Shown piece by piece: positions 28,831 through 38,224 of a stretch of 64,000 nt of DNA. The DNA lies in IMG/VR virus record IMGVR_UViG_3300027710_000009; one strand, given 5' to 3'. The first letter of the stretch is position 1. Every line of letters begins with the position of its first letter. The position numbers were made by a program, and so were the translations under genes. The stretch comes from a virus. Its lineage: Duplodnaviria > Heunggongvirae > Uroviricota > Caudoviricetes. The notes beneath the pieces are model-generated. The model had not been told where the DNA came from and searched no databases. It saw only the letters and a list, made by a program, of their open reading frames with translations.

Positions 28831-28900
28831 ACAGGTGCTAGTCAGACAGCATCCTGTTTAGTTGGTACCCGAGTGTAGAAATATGCTCGGGTATTTTTTT
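28831..28900 (+). ncRNA. Putative ~70-nt small RNA
   Basis: Bounded by its own sigma70 promoter and terminator. 5' hairpin ACAGGUGCU-AGUCAGAC-AGCAUCCUGU, linker UUAGUUGG, then the terminator hairpin. Confidence 0.6.
28866..28900 (+). terminator. Intrinsic terminator (+ strand)
   Basis: TACCCGAGTGTA-GAAA-TATGCTCGGGTA followed by T7. Its G-U wobbles form only on the + strand. Confidence 0.8.
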
Positions 28901-28904
28901 AGCC

Positions 28905-28930
28905 AACAAAAAAGCGCCTTGCGGCGCTTT
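28905..28930 (-). terminator. Intrinsic terminator of the MCP transcript
   Basis: Minus strand reads AAAGCGCC-GCAA-GGCGCTTT-TTTG, about 40 nt after the MCP stop. Confidence 0.85.
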
Positions 28931-28969
28931 CCTGCTCTTCCCATCCCTGAGTCGATTTTACTTTTGTGA

Positions 28970-30151
28970 TTACTGGAAAGACAAAGTACCAGAAGTGATA
29001 CCAATCTTGCCCAGGTAGTCGCCAGCATTGCCAAGAGACGATGCTGTGTTGGTCAATTCTACATAACCATAACGTGTCATAAAGCCCACGACTGGTTCGA
29101 ATGTAGCTGGATCCAGCACAACGCCAGAGCTCATTAGCGGTACGTATGGGCAATAGAACGCGGCAGCATCTGCCTCGCTAGAACCTTTGTAACCGATAAG
29201 AACTGCTGTGCCTGTGTTAGCATAGCTGTCAACGTAAACACGCATTGCGCCGTTCAATGTACCAACAAACTTGGTGTTTGTAGGTGCTTCGAAAGTGCCT
29301 TCTGTAGTGCGAGCAAAAGCAGAAGTTGTAGCAGACTGAAGAACTGTTAGAGCCTCAGCAGATACAACTGCCCAGTTTGCCGCGCCACGACGTGTACGCT
29401 GAGCGATCAAGTTAGCAGTACGGTTGATTAGAACTGCCAATGCGGCATGCTCGTCACCAACGAATGTAGCTGTACCAGAAACGCTTGACTGGTCATATGT
29501 GAATTCAGTTGCGGCCAAAGAACGTAGGCTAGCTAGGATTTCTTGGTCAATTTCAACTGTGATTTCTTGTGCAAGTGCGGCCATGATTTCTGCCTCAACA
29601 TCCAAACCATGCATGGCTTGTGCGTCTTGAGCAGCTTCAAATGTCCAACGTGCTGACAACTTACGAGTCTTAGCTTCAACAACTTGTTTCAAGATTTGAA
29701 CATTGATACGATTACCTGGTACGCCTTCTAGTGTAGCTGTGTTGCTAGCTCTAGAAGTTGCGCTGTTACCGGAGTAAGCAGTAGCAATACGGAATGGGCT
29801 TAGAGCCTCATCACCGGCTGTTGCGCCATCACCGCTTGTGGTTGCGCTAACTGTGTCAGCGTAACGTACACGTAGTGTATGGATTTGTGCAACTGGACCT
29901 GTCATAGGTTGTACACCAACGATTTCGTTAGCAATAACGGTTGGCATAACGCGACGGATCACTGGCAGAATCACGCGATTCAATGTAGCTACGTTGCTTG
30001 AAGCTGTAGCGCCACCTGTTGCATTTTCTGACAGATACTTGCGGGTGTTCTCTAGGATTACACCCATTGTAGTTCTTTTAGAACCATTTAGGCCTTCTAA
30101 CAGGGCATCTTTTGTTTCGCCCCAACGGCTCTCTAGTAGTGCGGTTGTCAT
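28970..30151 (-). CDS. gp23: Major capsid protein (T4 gp23-like)
   Basis: IVGVQPMTGPVAQI..LR, VEAKTRKLSARWT.EAAQD...HGLD.EAE, YCPYVPL and TRYG motifs. Confidence 0.95.
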   Translation of the reverse strand: MTTALLESRWGETKDALLEGLNGSKRTTMGVILENTRKYLSENATGGATASSNVATLNRVILPVIRRVMPTVIANEIVGVQPMTGPVAQIHTLRVRYADTVSATTSGDGATAGDEALSPFRIATAYSGNSATSRASNTATLEGVPGNRINVQILKQVVEAKTRKLSARWTFEAAQDAQAMHGLDVEAEIMAALAQEITVEIDQEILASLRSLAATEFTYDQSSVSGTATFVGDEHAALAVLINRTANLIAQRTRRGAANWAVVSAEALTVLQSATTSAFARTTEGTFEAPTNTKFVGTLNGAMRVYVDSYANTGTAVLIGYKGSSEADAAAFYCPYVPLMSSGVVLDPATFEPVVGFMTRYGYVELTNTASSLGNAGDYLGKIGITSGTLSFQ

Positions 30152-30178
30152 TTCTTTTTCCTTCTCCTGTTTAGGGTT

Positions 30179-31276
30179 TTACTTTAGCCCTGCTAAACGC
30201 TTGATTTCAATCACGTTAGTGAAATCTTCAGTGGCGCTGACCTTAGCAGTCTTATCACCAGTTACTGCCGAACGACCTTCGCTGAGCATAGCTTTTGGCT
30301 GCGCTTTAACTGGGGTGTTGTTCAACACGGCTGGAAGATACTTATCAAATGCTTGCTGAAGTTTGTCAGCTTGCACTGATTCAAGAAGTTCGCTCATGAT
30401 TGAAGCTTTCTCCTTGTTCAAAGGCTTCAACAAGTTTACAAGGATTTCCTTGCGAGTTGTTGACTCTTTGATAATCTTAATTTCTTTTTCTTTACTTTCC
30501 ACCAGTGCGGTTTTTTCTTCTGCCGCACGTGTAGCTTCTGCTAACTTCTGTGACTGAGTGTTCATTTCTACACGTAGTTTAGCAATCTCACGATTCTCAT
30601 TGAGGTGTGTGACTGCAAACTCACTAGCAAAAGCTTCAAACAAACGACGACCAAACATGTTCTCGCGAGCAACTTGGATGTCTTCTTTGAGCTGAACCAT
30701 TTCAGTTTGTAGATTATTAGCAATAGCTTCCTTTACCAACTTGGCGCTACGTGTAACAAACTGACCTTTTAACTTGGTCAATTCTTGCTTGGCTTCTGAC
30801 ACCAAACGAACACGAGCTTCTACCACTGCTCTCTTATCTGTTTCAAATTCTTGAATTTCTTCGGCCAGAGCAGAAACAACAAACTTCTCAAGACGGCTTA
30901 CGCTTTCTTGATAGTTTTTGCGATCTGCACGTAGTTCTTTCAATTCTTCGGCTAGCTTGCTAACCATGAACTGATCAAACTTGTTTGCGTTCTCAACCAT
31001 GCGAGTTTGGAACTTCACACGATCTTCAGCAAGGGCACGTTTTTCTTCTGCGAACTCTTTAATTTCAGTAGAGAGAGCTTCGGTAACCATGTTGTCTAAG
31101 GCATCAACCATTACACTTTTATCATGCTCGTAGCGTTGCGCAAATTCTTCACGCAACTCTGCACGTATAGTTTCACGTGCTTCGTGAAGCTTGGTTTCCC
31201 ATGCTTCTGAAATAGCTTGATGGGTGTCTTCGTTAACAATACCGGCGTCAACCAGCGGTTTGATAGCATCAAACAT
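30179..31276 (-). CDS. Prohead scaffold/core protein (gp22-like)
   Basis: Glu/Lys-rich coiled coil between protease and MCP, ending IKRLAGLK. Confidence 0.8.
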   Translation of the reverse strand: MFDAIKPLVDAGIVNEDTHQAISEAWETKLHEARETIRAELREEFAQRYEHDKSVMVDALDNMVTEALSTEIKEFAEEKRALAEDRVKFQTRMVENANKFDQFMVSKLAEELKELRADRKNYQESVSRLEKFVVSALAEEIQEFETDKRAVVEARVRLVSEAKQELTKLKGQFVTRSAKLVKEAIANNLQTEMVQLKEDIQVARENMFGRRLFEAFASEFAVTHLNENREIAKLRVEMNTQSQKLAEATRAAEEKTALVESKEKEIKIIKESTTRKEILVNLLKPLNKEKASIMSELLESVQADKLQQAFDKYLPAVLNNTPVKAQPKAMLSEGRSAVTGDKTAKVSATEDFTNVIEIKRLAGLK

Positions 31277-31286
31277 TACCTATCTC

Positions 31287-31922
31287 CTATAGTTTCAAAT
31301 CATTGATCAGGCGCACAACTGCCTCTTTCAGATACTTCTGAACTTTTTGATTATGTACTGCATCACCTGCTACCTCCATCACTCTATGACCGCCTCTCAT
31401 GTTGAGTAGACCTTCATAAATTGCTTTTGGATATGCGTGAGGTGCAGATGGTTGTGCTACAATGTCCACAGTGATTATTTCAAAATCACTGACATGACCA
31501 GAGCCTTCGTTTACGTTTCCGCTTCCACGACTGCTCACTCCTAACTTAACACCACTAGTTAACATGGCTTTCACCAGTTCACCCATTGGGGTTGGTAGAA
31601 TCTTTAGTTTACCTATGCCCGCATGTCCGTCCATGTACATTTCTGTAATCATGTGGCTCACGCGGTCAAGGTTAATTTTTAAGTCATCTGGATGATCAAC
31701 TTCACCCAGTACACTTTTTCCGCTTCTTAGTTGCTCGTTGATTTGGCCTACAGCTTTTTCAATCTCAGGAATTGGATAGATACGTTTGTTCTCGTTTCTA
31801 ATTCCACCCTCGATGCATGTACCCTTAAGATACCAGTTTTTCTTGCCGTCTGGAGCTTCTTCGTTGAGAAGCTCCAGCTTGGCTGCATCAAAGGTAAGAT
31901 TTTCTTTTAAGTACACTGCCAT
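31287..31922 (-). CDS. gp21: Prohead protease (T4 gp21-like)
   Basis: RNENKRIYP, LGEVDHP, RVSH, LGVSSRGSG and DIVAQPSAP motifs. Confidence 0.93.
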   Translation of the reverse strand: MAVYLKENLTFDAAKLELLNEEAPDGKKNWYLKGTCIEGGIRNENKRIYPIPEIEKAVGQINEQLRSGKSVLGEVDHPDDLKINLDRVSHMITEMYMDGHAGIGKLKILPTPMGELVKAMLTSGVKLGVSSRGSGNVNEGSGHVSDFEIITVDIVAQPSAPHAYPKAIYEGLLNMRGGHRVMEVAGDAVHNQKVQKYLKEAVVRLINDLKL

Positions 31923-31935
31923 ATAATTTGCCTAA

Positions 31936-32928
31936 TTACTTTGCGCGGCCAGGTGCGCCATTTAGTGGGCTGTTAGCATTTACGCTTTGCTCACCAGTTT
32001 TAGCACTTGCTTTGCTGTTGTAATAGTCTTGAGCACCCTTGTTGCCGCCTGGTTTGTTGACATTGCGCTTGGCAACATCAATCTCTTGTGGGCTCTTTAG
32101 AAAACCGCCTGCTTTGCCTTTTGGTGATGTACCGCTTGGATCAGCTTCGCTGCCTTGACGCATCATGTTAGCACTTGTGCCGCCCATGTCGTTTTTGCCA
32201 GCTACTGGGCTTTTGGTGTTCTTTTCACCTTGGTTTTCGCTTTTGTTGCCGGTACCGACGTTTTCGCCTTTAGGACCCTTGTAGGCTCCTTTGTCCCAGT
32301 CTGTACCAACTTTTTCTACGTATTCACGAATACGCTCTGCTTCTGTCATTGTGCTAGCATTACGCTTTGCACGGCTTTCAGCAACAGGCTTTTCTTCTTC
32401 TTCATCATCAGCAGGTTCGTCGCCTTCTTCGTCGTCGGCGCTAGCAAATGGATTTTCACCACCTTCGTCGTCGCCGCCTTCGTCGTCGCCTTCTTCACCG
32501 TCCATGTCCATTTCGTCATCAGCTGAACCACCTTCGTCGCTCATCAAACGATCAAATTCTGCTTTGAGTTCGTCAATTGCTGACTCTAGGTCCATGATGT
32601 CGTCTTTGGTAGCAGGAGCACTGCTATCGCCGCCCATGTCGTCACCAGGCATATCGCCCATGTCACCGCCCATGTCGTCAGGCTCACCACCCATGTCGTC
32701 GCCAGGCATGCCTAGCTCATCGTCGGCTTCGTGCATGCCAGTTTCGTCCATCTCAATTTCGTTTTCGAGATTACCGACTGCATTGTTGCTCACTGCTGGT
32801 TGTTCTTCGTCCATCAATGATTCATAGATTTCGCGACTGCGCTCAATTACAATTTGGTGGAAAAGAGCGCGAGCTTTGGACTCGTCATCATTGATAATGT
32901 GTTCTATAAGCTGTTCATATTTGTTCAT
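31936..32928 (-). CDS. Acidic prohead core protein
   Basis: D/E/M/G low-complexity middle, basic C-terminal half, GAGGAG RBS, located between portal and protease. Confidence 0.7.
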   Translation of the reverse strand: MNKYEQLIEHIINDDESKARALFHQIVIERSREIYESLMDEEQPAVSNNAVGNLENEIEMDETGMHEADDELGMPGDDMGGEPDDMGGDMGDMPGDDMGGDSSAPATKDDIMDLESAIDELKAEFDRLMSDEGGSADDEMDMDGEEGDDEGGDDEGGENPFASADDEEGDEPADDEEEEKPVAESRAKRNASTMTEAERIREYVEKVGTDWDKGAYKGPKGENVGTGNKSENQGEKNTKSPVAGKNDMGGTSANMMRQGSEADPSGTSPKGKAGGFLKSPQEIDVAKRNVNKPGGNKGAQDYYNSKASAKTGEQSVNANSPLNGAPGRAK

Positions 32929-32959
32929 GAGAACTCCTCTTGGTATATGGCTGTTAAGT

Positions 32960-32966
32960 TATTTAA
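32960..32966 (-). promoter_or_regulatory. Late promoter box (TTAAATA)
   Basis: 31 nt upstream of the 32928 start. Confidence 0.5.
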
Positions 32967-33022
32967 GATAACGGCTAAGATTTAGCCAGTTATGTGGATG
33001 TTTTTGAATAATTTGCAACTTT

Positions 33023-33268
33023 TTATAGGCTTGCAGGTGCTCCAGCGCCTGCCGCACCTTCTTCTGACGGTGCTTTGTACTGTTTACTCACTCGTTTAAG
33101 TTGCTGTTCGTGTTCCACTTTGCGCACATCATTCATCATGCGCAAGCGGTTAATTTGTGCTAGGGTCAGGCGTGTTTTACGTCTGTCGTCTATTTTGATC
33201 GTGGAATTGTCTTGAGACGGATCTTCTCTTCCGGGAATGGCTGCATCAAAAAATTCATAAATCAACAT
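33023..33268 (-). CDS. Small head-module protein
   Basis: RKTRLTL.QINRLR.M motif, directly after the portal gene. Confidence 0.75.
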   Translation of the reverse strand: MLIYEFFDAAIPGREDPSQDNSTIKIDDRRKTRLTLAQINRLRMMNDVRKVEHEQQLKRVSKQYKAPSEEGAAGAGAPASL

Positions 33269-33276
33269 GGTATTGA

Positions 33277-33283
33277 TATTTAC
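33277..33283 (-). promoter_or_regulatory. Late promoter box (GTAAATA)
   Basis: 8 nt upstream of the 33268 start, implying a near-leaderless late mRNA. Confidence 0.5.
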
Positions 33284-33295
33284 CTAATGTTGAGT

Positions 33296-35029
33296 TTATA
33301 CTGGTGCTGGCATGCCGCCAGCTGGTGCCGCGCCTGCTACAGGACTGGCTAATCCTGTGGCGCCTGTTGCATCTACCGGAGCACCAGGGTCTCCTTCTGC
33401 ACCTGGCTCTGGTGGTGTAGCGGCATCTAGATCACCTTGAATGCCACCTGGTGTCACGCCCACACTGCGCAAGCCTGCTGGATCTGCTGGAGCAGATTCT
33501 ACATCTCCTTGCTCTTGTGCCCACATGGTTTCGTTTTCTGTCATTTCTTGTTCTGTTAGGCCCAAGAAACGTTGCATCAAGAAACGTTTGGAGAAGTAAG
33601 GATATTGTTCTAGCTGTGAAAATGTGTTGATACGTGCCATATCAACGTCAGCTTGACGGTACTGTGCAAAGTTCTGTGGCGGATTAAACTTCAAATCAAA
33701 CAGTTGTCCGTCAATGCTAATGCCGCGCCAGCGCATGTACAGCTTGAATTCTTTGTCCAGGTATTCGCCCACAATCTTTTGCAGTCGCAAACAATACTGG
33801 TTAAAGCGCCATTCTTGAATCAGTGCTGTGCCTACTTTGCCGTCTGTAAAACTGCCGGCTGCACCGTCATCAAGCCCTGTAGGCAAGTAGCTGGATGGAA
33901 TACGCAAGCCTCTAAACAGCTTGTTAGTGAAAAAGTGCAAGTCAGTTATTTCACCTAGATTCTGTCCGCCCTGTAGTGTTTCCACACTAGAACCACGTCC
34001 ATCAGCTGTGGTTGGAAAAAAGAAGTCTTCGTTTTGACTCAATGGATTGTATGTGGCATCCATCATGTTGGTACCACCACCTGTTTGTGTGGGTATCCTA
34101 CGCTGATGCACTTCGTTCTTGATACGTTCCACAAACGCCATGGCCATGTGGCTGGGCATGTTGCCCACGTCAATCTTGAAGATTCTGCGCTCTGGAGCAC
34201 GTTGCACACGATAGATAATAATAGCATCTTCCAGCAGTTCTTTTTGCTTGAACACTTTGAAAATGTTTTCTAGTACTGAGTTGCCAAAGGGCCAGTACAC
34301 ATCCAGGCCTTCTGTTAGACTCATGTGCAACACATGTTCTGCGTTGACTGCCAGTTCATTTTGTGCTTGTTGGAATCTACTGCCACCAGCAAAAGGTGCG
34401 GCTGGCTGTATGTAGCTGCCACTAGGACCACCCACCTGTGGGTGATTCAAGAATGTGTCTGTTGCGGCCACAGCAGTCACTGAGAGATTCTGCAGATTTG
34501 GATTCAAATCTTTAATAATATACTGCTCAGGTTCTTTGCCCTTGGCTTCATTCACAATGATCTTTACAACCTTGCTCATTTCCACCCAGTACATTTTGAA
34601 TGTTTCTGGATCACGTACAAACACTTGGTCGCCGTATTTGATCACTGAACGGAAAATTCTAAAGATACGTTTGTTTAATTCGTTCAGCTTGACCCACTGC
34701 TGTAGCTGTTCTTTGATGATTTTGATTTCGTTCTCTGTGGGTTGCTCTTTGAAATCAAGTTGAAAAGCAGTACCGTTTTCGTCATTGTCCTGTGTTGAAA
34801 ATTCTGCTAGAATATCCAGTGCGGCATTGACTTCTGAGTCCATGTCCATTTGTTCATACTGGTTGTAGCGTTCCACACGGTTTGGATGTCCAACGTAGAT
34901 CTCTGGCAGATTGCTTTGCCAGTTACGATAACCAGGTGCGGCCATTTGACTGTTGAAAGTAAATGGGCTGACTGCTCCCCCCATGTTCTGGGGAATGTTA
35001 CTGCTCTTAAAATATTTTTTCCAAGACAT
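33296..35029 (-). CDS. gp20: Portal protein (T4 gp20-like)
   Basis: LLEDAIIIYRVQRAPERRIFKIDVGNMP, EDFFFP...GRGSSVETLQGG.NLGEI.D and LRIPSSYL motifs. Confidence 0.95.
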   Translation of the reverse strand: MSWKKYFKSSNIPQNMGGAVSPFTFNSQMAAPGYRNWQSNLPEIYVGHPNRVERYNQYEQMDMDSEVNAALDILAEFSTQDNDENGTAFQLDFKEQPTENEIKIIKEQLQQWVKLNELNKRIFRIFRSVIKYGDQVFVRDPETFKMYWVEMSKVVKIIVNEAKGKEPEQYIIKDLNPNLQNLSVTAVAATDTFLNHPQVGGPSGSYIQPAAPFAGGSRFQQAQNELAVNAEHVLHMSLTEGLDVYWPFGNSVLENIFKVFKQKELLEDAIIIYRVQRAPERRIFKIDVGNMPSHMAMAFVERIKNEVHQRRIPTQTGGGTNMMDATYNPLSQNEDFFFPTTADGRGSSVETLQGGQNLGEITDLHFFTNKLFRGLRIPSSYLPTGLDDGAAGSFTDGKVGTALIQEWRFNQYCLRLQKIVGEYLDKEFKLYMRWRGISIDGQLFDLKFNPPQNFAQYRQADVDMARINTFSQLEQYPYFSKRFLMQRFLGLTEQEMTENETMWAQEQGDVESAPADPAGLRSVGVTPGGIQGDLDAATPPEPGAEGDPGAPVDATGATGLASPVAGAAPAGGMPAPV

Positions 35030-35051
35030 TGAGAATATGTTCCGTGTTGTG

Positions 35052-35058
35052 TATTTAC
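35052..35058 (-). promoter_or_regulatory. Late promoter box (GTAAATA)
   Basis: 22 nt upstream of the portal start. Confidence 0.6.
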
Positions 35059-35059
35059 G

Positions 35060-38000
35060 TTATCTAAAGGCGTTGGTCATGTTTCTGAGGTAACGTTTGG
35101 AATCGCCTTGTGTTTCCAAAGATGCACCCATCTTCTGTGCCAGACTACGCATGTCAACAGCTGATTCGGCAGCAATTTTTGTCAGTTTACCAATTGCATA
35201 TACCACTGGGTCACCTTTGCCTAGTTCAGCAAAGTCTGCTTCTGTCACTACAGCACCTTTTGGATTCAGTTTGGGTTTATAGAATCCTGTGCTAGGGCTC
35301 GTGGTGCCCAGTGAACCAGCACCGCCTTGAGCACTTTTCAATGCGGTAGTAAACGCTTCTGCAAATGCTATTTTGCCTTGTGCATCCAATGATACAAAAT
35401 TACCATCTTTCATTAAACTCACACCAAGCCCGCCGGCATACATTGCAAGTCCTTTTGGTAATGCTGTGGTAACTTGTGTTGACACCGGTACAGGTGCTGG
35501 TGGCTGTGAAGACGATGCCTGTTGAGCAGGTGTAGGTGGTTGCTTGGGTTTGTCTCCAAAGTTAAACCATCCGGTGACTGTTTTATAAGCACCATCTGCC
35601 CAGTCACTGACCACAGTCATGGCACTGCCAAGTCCTTTACCAATGCTGTCCCATATGCCTTTGAAGGTCCAGCTCTGCCACCATTTGGAAAATCCTTCAC
35701 CAATTTTCTTTGTCCAGGTCTGTAAAGGTGAAAGATAATACAACAAACCGCCACCAATGGCGCCTAGTATACCACCAATGATAGCGCCCGGGCCTGCACC
35801 CACACCACCAAACCACACACCAATGCTAGCACCCATGATAGCGCCAATTTTACCGCCGGCGGCTGAACTGCCAAGTGCGCCTGCAAAGTCAAATGCTTCG
35901 GCTGTGACTTTGGCATTGGCGTCTGTTGCACTAATTTTGCCTTCTCTCTCTTGTTGACGAATGTCAGCCGCATTTGAAATGTTTGTAACACCTTGCACTG
36001 CTACACCTAACGCACCAGCACCTTTTATGTACTTGCCATACTTGGCTGTTATTCTGGCTGTTCTTGCGGCTTCAATCTCAGCAGGAGTCGCATTGCCACT
36101 CAGCCCAAGTTGCATTCGTGCAATATCTAATTGGGCACCGCTTGGGGCCTTGGGTTTGACTTTTTCTGCTAATTTTGACAGTCTGCTTTGTTCTTGCGCT
36201 TTGGCTGTTTCTGTTTTAGCTGTTTCAGTTGTTGTGGTGGTAGTGCCAGTGGGTTTACCGCCAGGTAATATGGCCCTGATAGCGCCATATGCTTTGGACA
36301 CTATCAGTGCGGCCGCTGCCAGGCCTGTTAATATCGTAGCTAGATCCGTTACTTTATCCAACGGCCCTGTGTTGACAGTGGGACCTGTCTTTAATAATTT
36401 TTCAGCGTCTTCCAGAGCCTTTTTCAACAACTTGGCAATCTGTGGAATCCTTGTAATAATTTCATCTTGAAACTTGGCAGAGAATTCTTCACCAATGCTT
36501 TTCATTGACAACAACACCGAAGTCAAGTCGCTACCATCTAGTTGGGCGTTTTTACCTTTTGCAAATTGCTCATCTACTATCTTTTTTTGCCCCTCTACTG
36601 TTTTGCCAGCTGATGCCAAGGTTGAATCTATTATTTTTGTAAATGCGTCAAGAGGTGCTTTGAATTTAGTGTTAGCTGCCGCAAGAATAGTCAACATCTC
36701 GTCGTTCTTTAATGCGTATTCCAGCTGAGGTGCTAGTTTGGCTCTGAGATCTAATTCTTTTTGCCTGTCAACATTGCCCTCTTTGAACAAAATAGCCATG
36801 TCGGTTAGATAACTTTTATACGCAGGTATCACCTCTGCTAATTTGCGAGTTTCTTCATCACTGATATATCCTAGATTGGCAATGTCTACAATAGCGCGGC
36901 GAACTGTGGCATCCAGGTCATCCATGGTGCCTTTTTGTTCTTTGTTGGCTTTTTCACCCAGTCGTGCCATAGAAGATCTGTAGGCATAATCACTTTGTGC
37001 CGCGGCTCTGTTGGCCAGTAGATCTTTTACTGTTTTACCTGACAGGCTGGCCATCAATGCAAGATTTTTAGCATACACTACAGTCTGTTGTTCAACTTCT
37101 ACTTGTCCAGGTGTTCGGCCTTGTTGTGCAATGTCTCGCATGACAGTGGCAATGATAGTTCCTGTTTCTTCAAAGCCAATACCCAGGGCCTGCAGACCTT
37201 TATCTATGCCCTGCGACTTGAGTTTGGCTGCTACTTTGCCCAACAACTCTGATGCCTGGGCCATTCCCATCCTGGAGTTGGCCAATAGTTCTGTGTTGCC
37301 TGCTATCATTTTTTCAAATGTTTGAAAACTGATCTGCATGGTACCATTAACTGCTAGTGACCTTCTTATTTGATCTGCACCACCGGCCAGTACCACACCA
37401 CTTCTGGTCAAGTTTTCAAAAGATTTAAGCAACTGGTCGCCACCTGCCATCAGCAGGTTGTTGAACATTTTCTTGGCGTCTGTTTGCAGTTGACTGGATG
37501 ATTTTTTAGCTTCAGCACCTATGATCAAACCAAATCCTACCAGCTTGCTGGCAATACCAGGTATCATGGCAATAGCACCACCAGCGGCCTGTGTGGCACC
37601 GGCTAGTTGTTGCACATGCACATTGGCCACATCCAGTTGCATGGCCATTTGAGCATTGGCAATAGCAAATCCACTACCACCTGCTTGCACTGTGCTGAGT
37701 ACTTGTCCTATGCCTTGCAGTGTGGCCTGTTGAACAGCAGTATAGTAACCAATCAAGAACTTGGCACCGTCTTGCAATTTGTTCACAAACGTTTGTGCTG
37801 CCGTACTCTGTTGTGTCATGCTCTCCAGTTCTTTGCGTCTGGCTTCAACAGATTTTAATTGAGCATCAGTCAATAGATTGGTGCCTCGACGATGCTTGGT
37901 CAGTGCTAGTTCTAGTTCATACAACTCATCGTTGGCTTCTTTCATGGCCATGCGATGTTCATACTGTGCCCGACTGGTTAATTTGAGTCCACCGTTTAGT

Positions 38001-38167
38001 TTGTTAAAACTGTCACCTGCTTGTTTTGAACTTTTGATCAGATCGTCCATGCGCTCTTTATAAGAACGGTTGTCTGTGTTGCCCGCACCAGCTGAGCCAG
38101 CAGACGGGTTACGCCCTTCGGACATGAGCTCTCTGAGCATTCGTTTTAGATCTTCAGTATCAGACAT
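35060..38167 (-). CDS. Tape-measure-like protein
   Basis: 1035 aa, Ala/Gln/Lys-rich and helical, with a glycine-zipper hydrophobic segment (GGKIGAIMGASIG...GAIIGGILGAIGG) and Trp repeats. Adjacent to the chaperone-like gp26/gp51 pair. Confidence 0.7.
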   Translation of the reverse strand: MSDTEDLKRMLRELMSEGRNPSAGSAGAGNTDNRSYKERMDDLIKSSKQAGDSFNKLNGGLKLTSRAQYEHRMAMKEANDELYELELALTKHRRGTNLLTDAQLKSVEARRKELESMTQQSTAAQTFVNKLQDGAKFLIGYYTAVQQATLQGIGQVLSTVQAGGSGFAIANAQMAMQLDVANVHVQQLAGATQAAGGAIAMIPGIASKLVGFGLIIGAEAKKSSSQLQTDAKKMFNNLLMAGGDQLLKSFENLTRSGVVLAGGADQIRRSLAVNGTMQISFQTFEKMIAGNTELLANSRMGMAQASELLGKVAAKLKSQGIDKGLQALGIGFEETGTIIATVMRDIAQQGRTPGQVEVEQQTVVYAKNLALMASLSGKTVKDLLANRAAAQSDYAYRSSMARLGEKANKEQKGTMDDLDATVRRAIVDIANLGYISDEETRKLAEVIPAYKSYLTDMAILFKEGNVDRQKELDLRAKLAPQLEYALKNDEMLTILAAANTKFKAPLDAFTKIIDSTLASAGKTVEGQKKIVDEQFAKGKNAQLDGSDLTSVLLSMKSIGEEFSAKFQDEIITRIPQIAKLLKKALEDAEKLLKTGPTVNTGPLDKVTDLATILTGLAAAALIVSKAYGAIRAILPGGKPTGTTTTTTETAKTETAKAQEQSRLSKLAEKVKPKAPSGAQLDIARMQLGLSGNATPAEIEAARTARITAKYGKYIKGAGALGVAVQGVTNISNAADIRQQEREGKISATDANAKVTAEAFDFAGALGSSAAGGKIGAIMGASIGVWFGGVGAGPGAIIGGILGAIGGGLLYYLSPLQTWTKKIGEGFSKWWQSWTFKGIWDSIGKGLGSAMTVVSDWADGAYKTVTGWFNFGDKPKQPPTPAQQASSSQPPAPVPVSTQVTTALPKGLAMYAGGLGVSLMKDGNFVSLDAQGKIAFAEAFTTALKSAQGGAGSLGTTSPSTGFYKPKLNPKGAVVTEADFAELGKGDPVVYAIGKLTKIAAESAVDMRSLAQKMGASLETQGDSKRYLRNMTNAFR

Positions 38168-38183
38168 GGTGGAGTTTTTTGCC

Positions 38184-38191
38184 TATAAATA
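38184..38191 (+). promoter_or_regulatory. Perfect T4 late promoter TATAAATA
   Basis: 33 nt upstream of ATG 38225. Confidence 0.7.
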
Positions 38192-38205
38192 AGTGTGTAT
38201 TTCAA

Positions 38206-38212
38206 TATTTAT
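38206..38212 (-). promoter_or_regulatory. Late promoter box (ATAAATA) for the tape-measure gene
   Basis: 38 nt upstream of the 38167 start, facing the + strand promoter. Confidence 0.55.
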
Positions 38213-38224
38213 GAGGATCAAAAT

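Noticed and set aside
28899-29153. 84-aa ORF overlapping the MCP end as a capsid frameshift extension
   Set aside because: No evident slippery heptamer near the MCP stop, and the ORF runs through the terminator.
32970-32992. Hairpin GGCTAA-GAT-TTAGCC as a terminator
   Set aside because: Short, AU-rich stem with no U-tract on the coding strand.
4039-38063. Numerous short antisense or alternate-frame ORFs (e.g. 24746-25567, 4176-4712, 32291-32827)
   Set aside because: These are shadow ORFs produced by Gly/Thr/Val/Asn-rich codon usage in the real genes, with no RBS or motifs.
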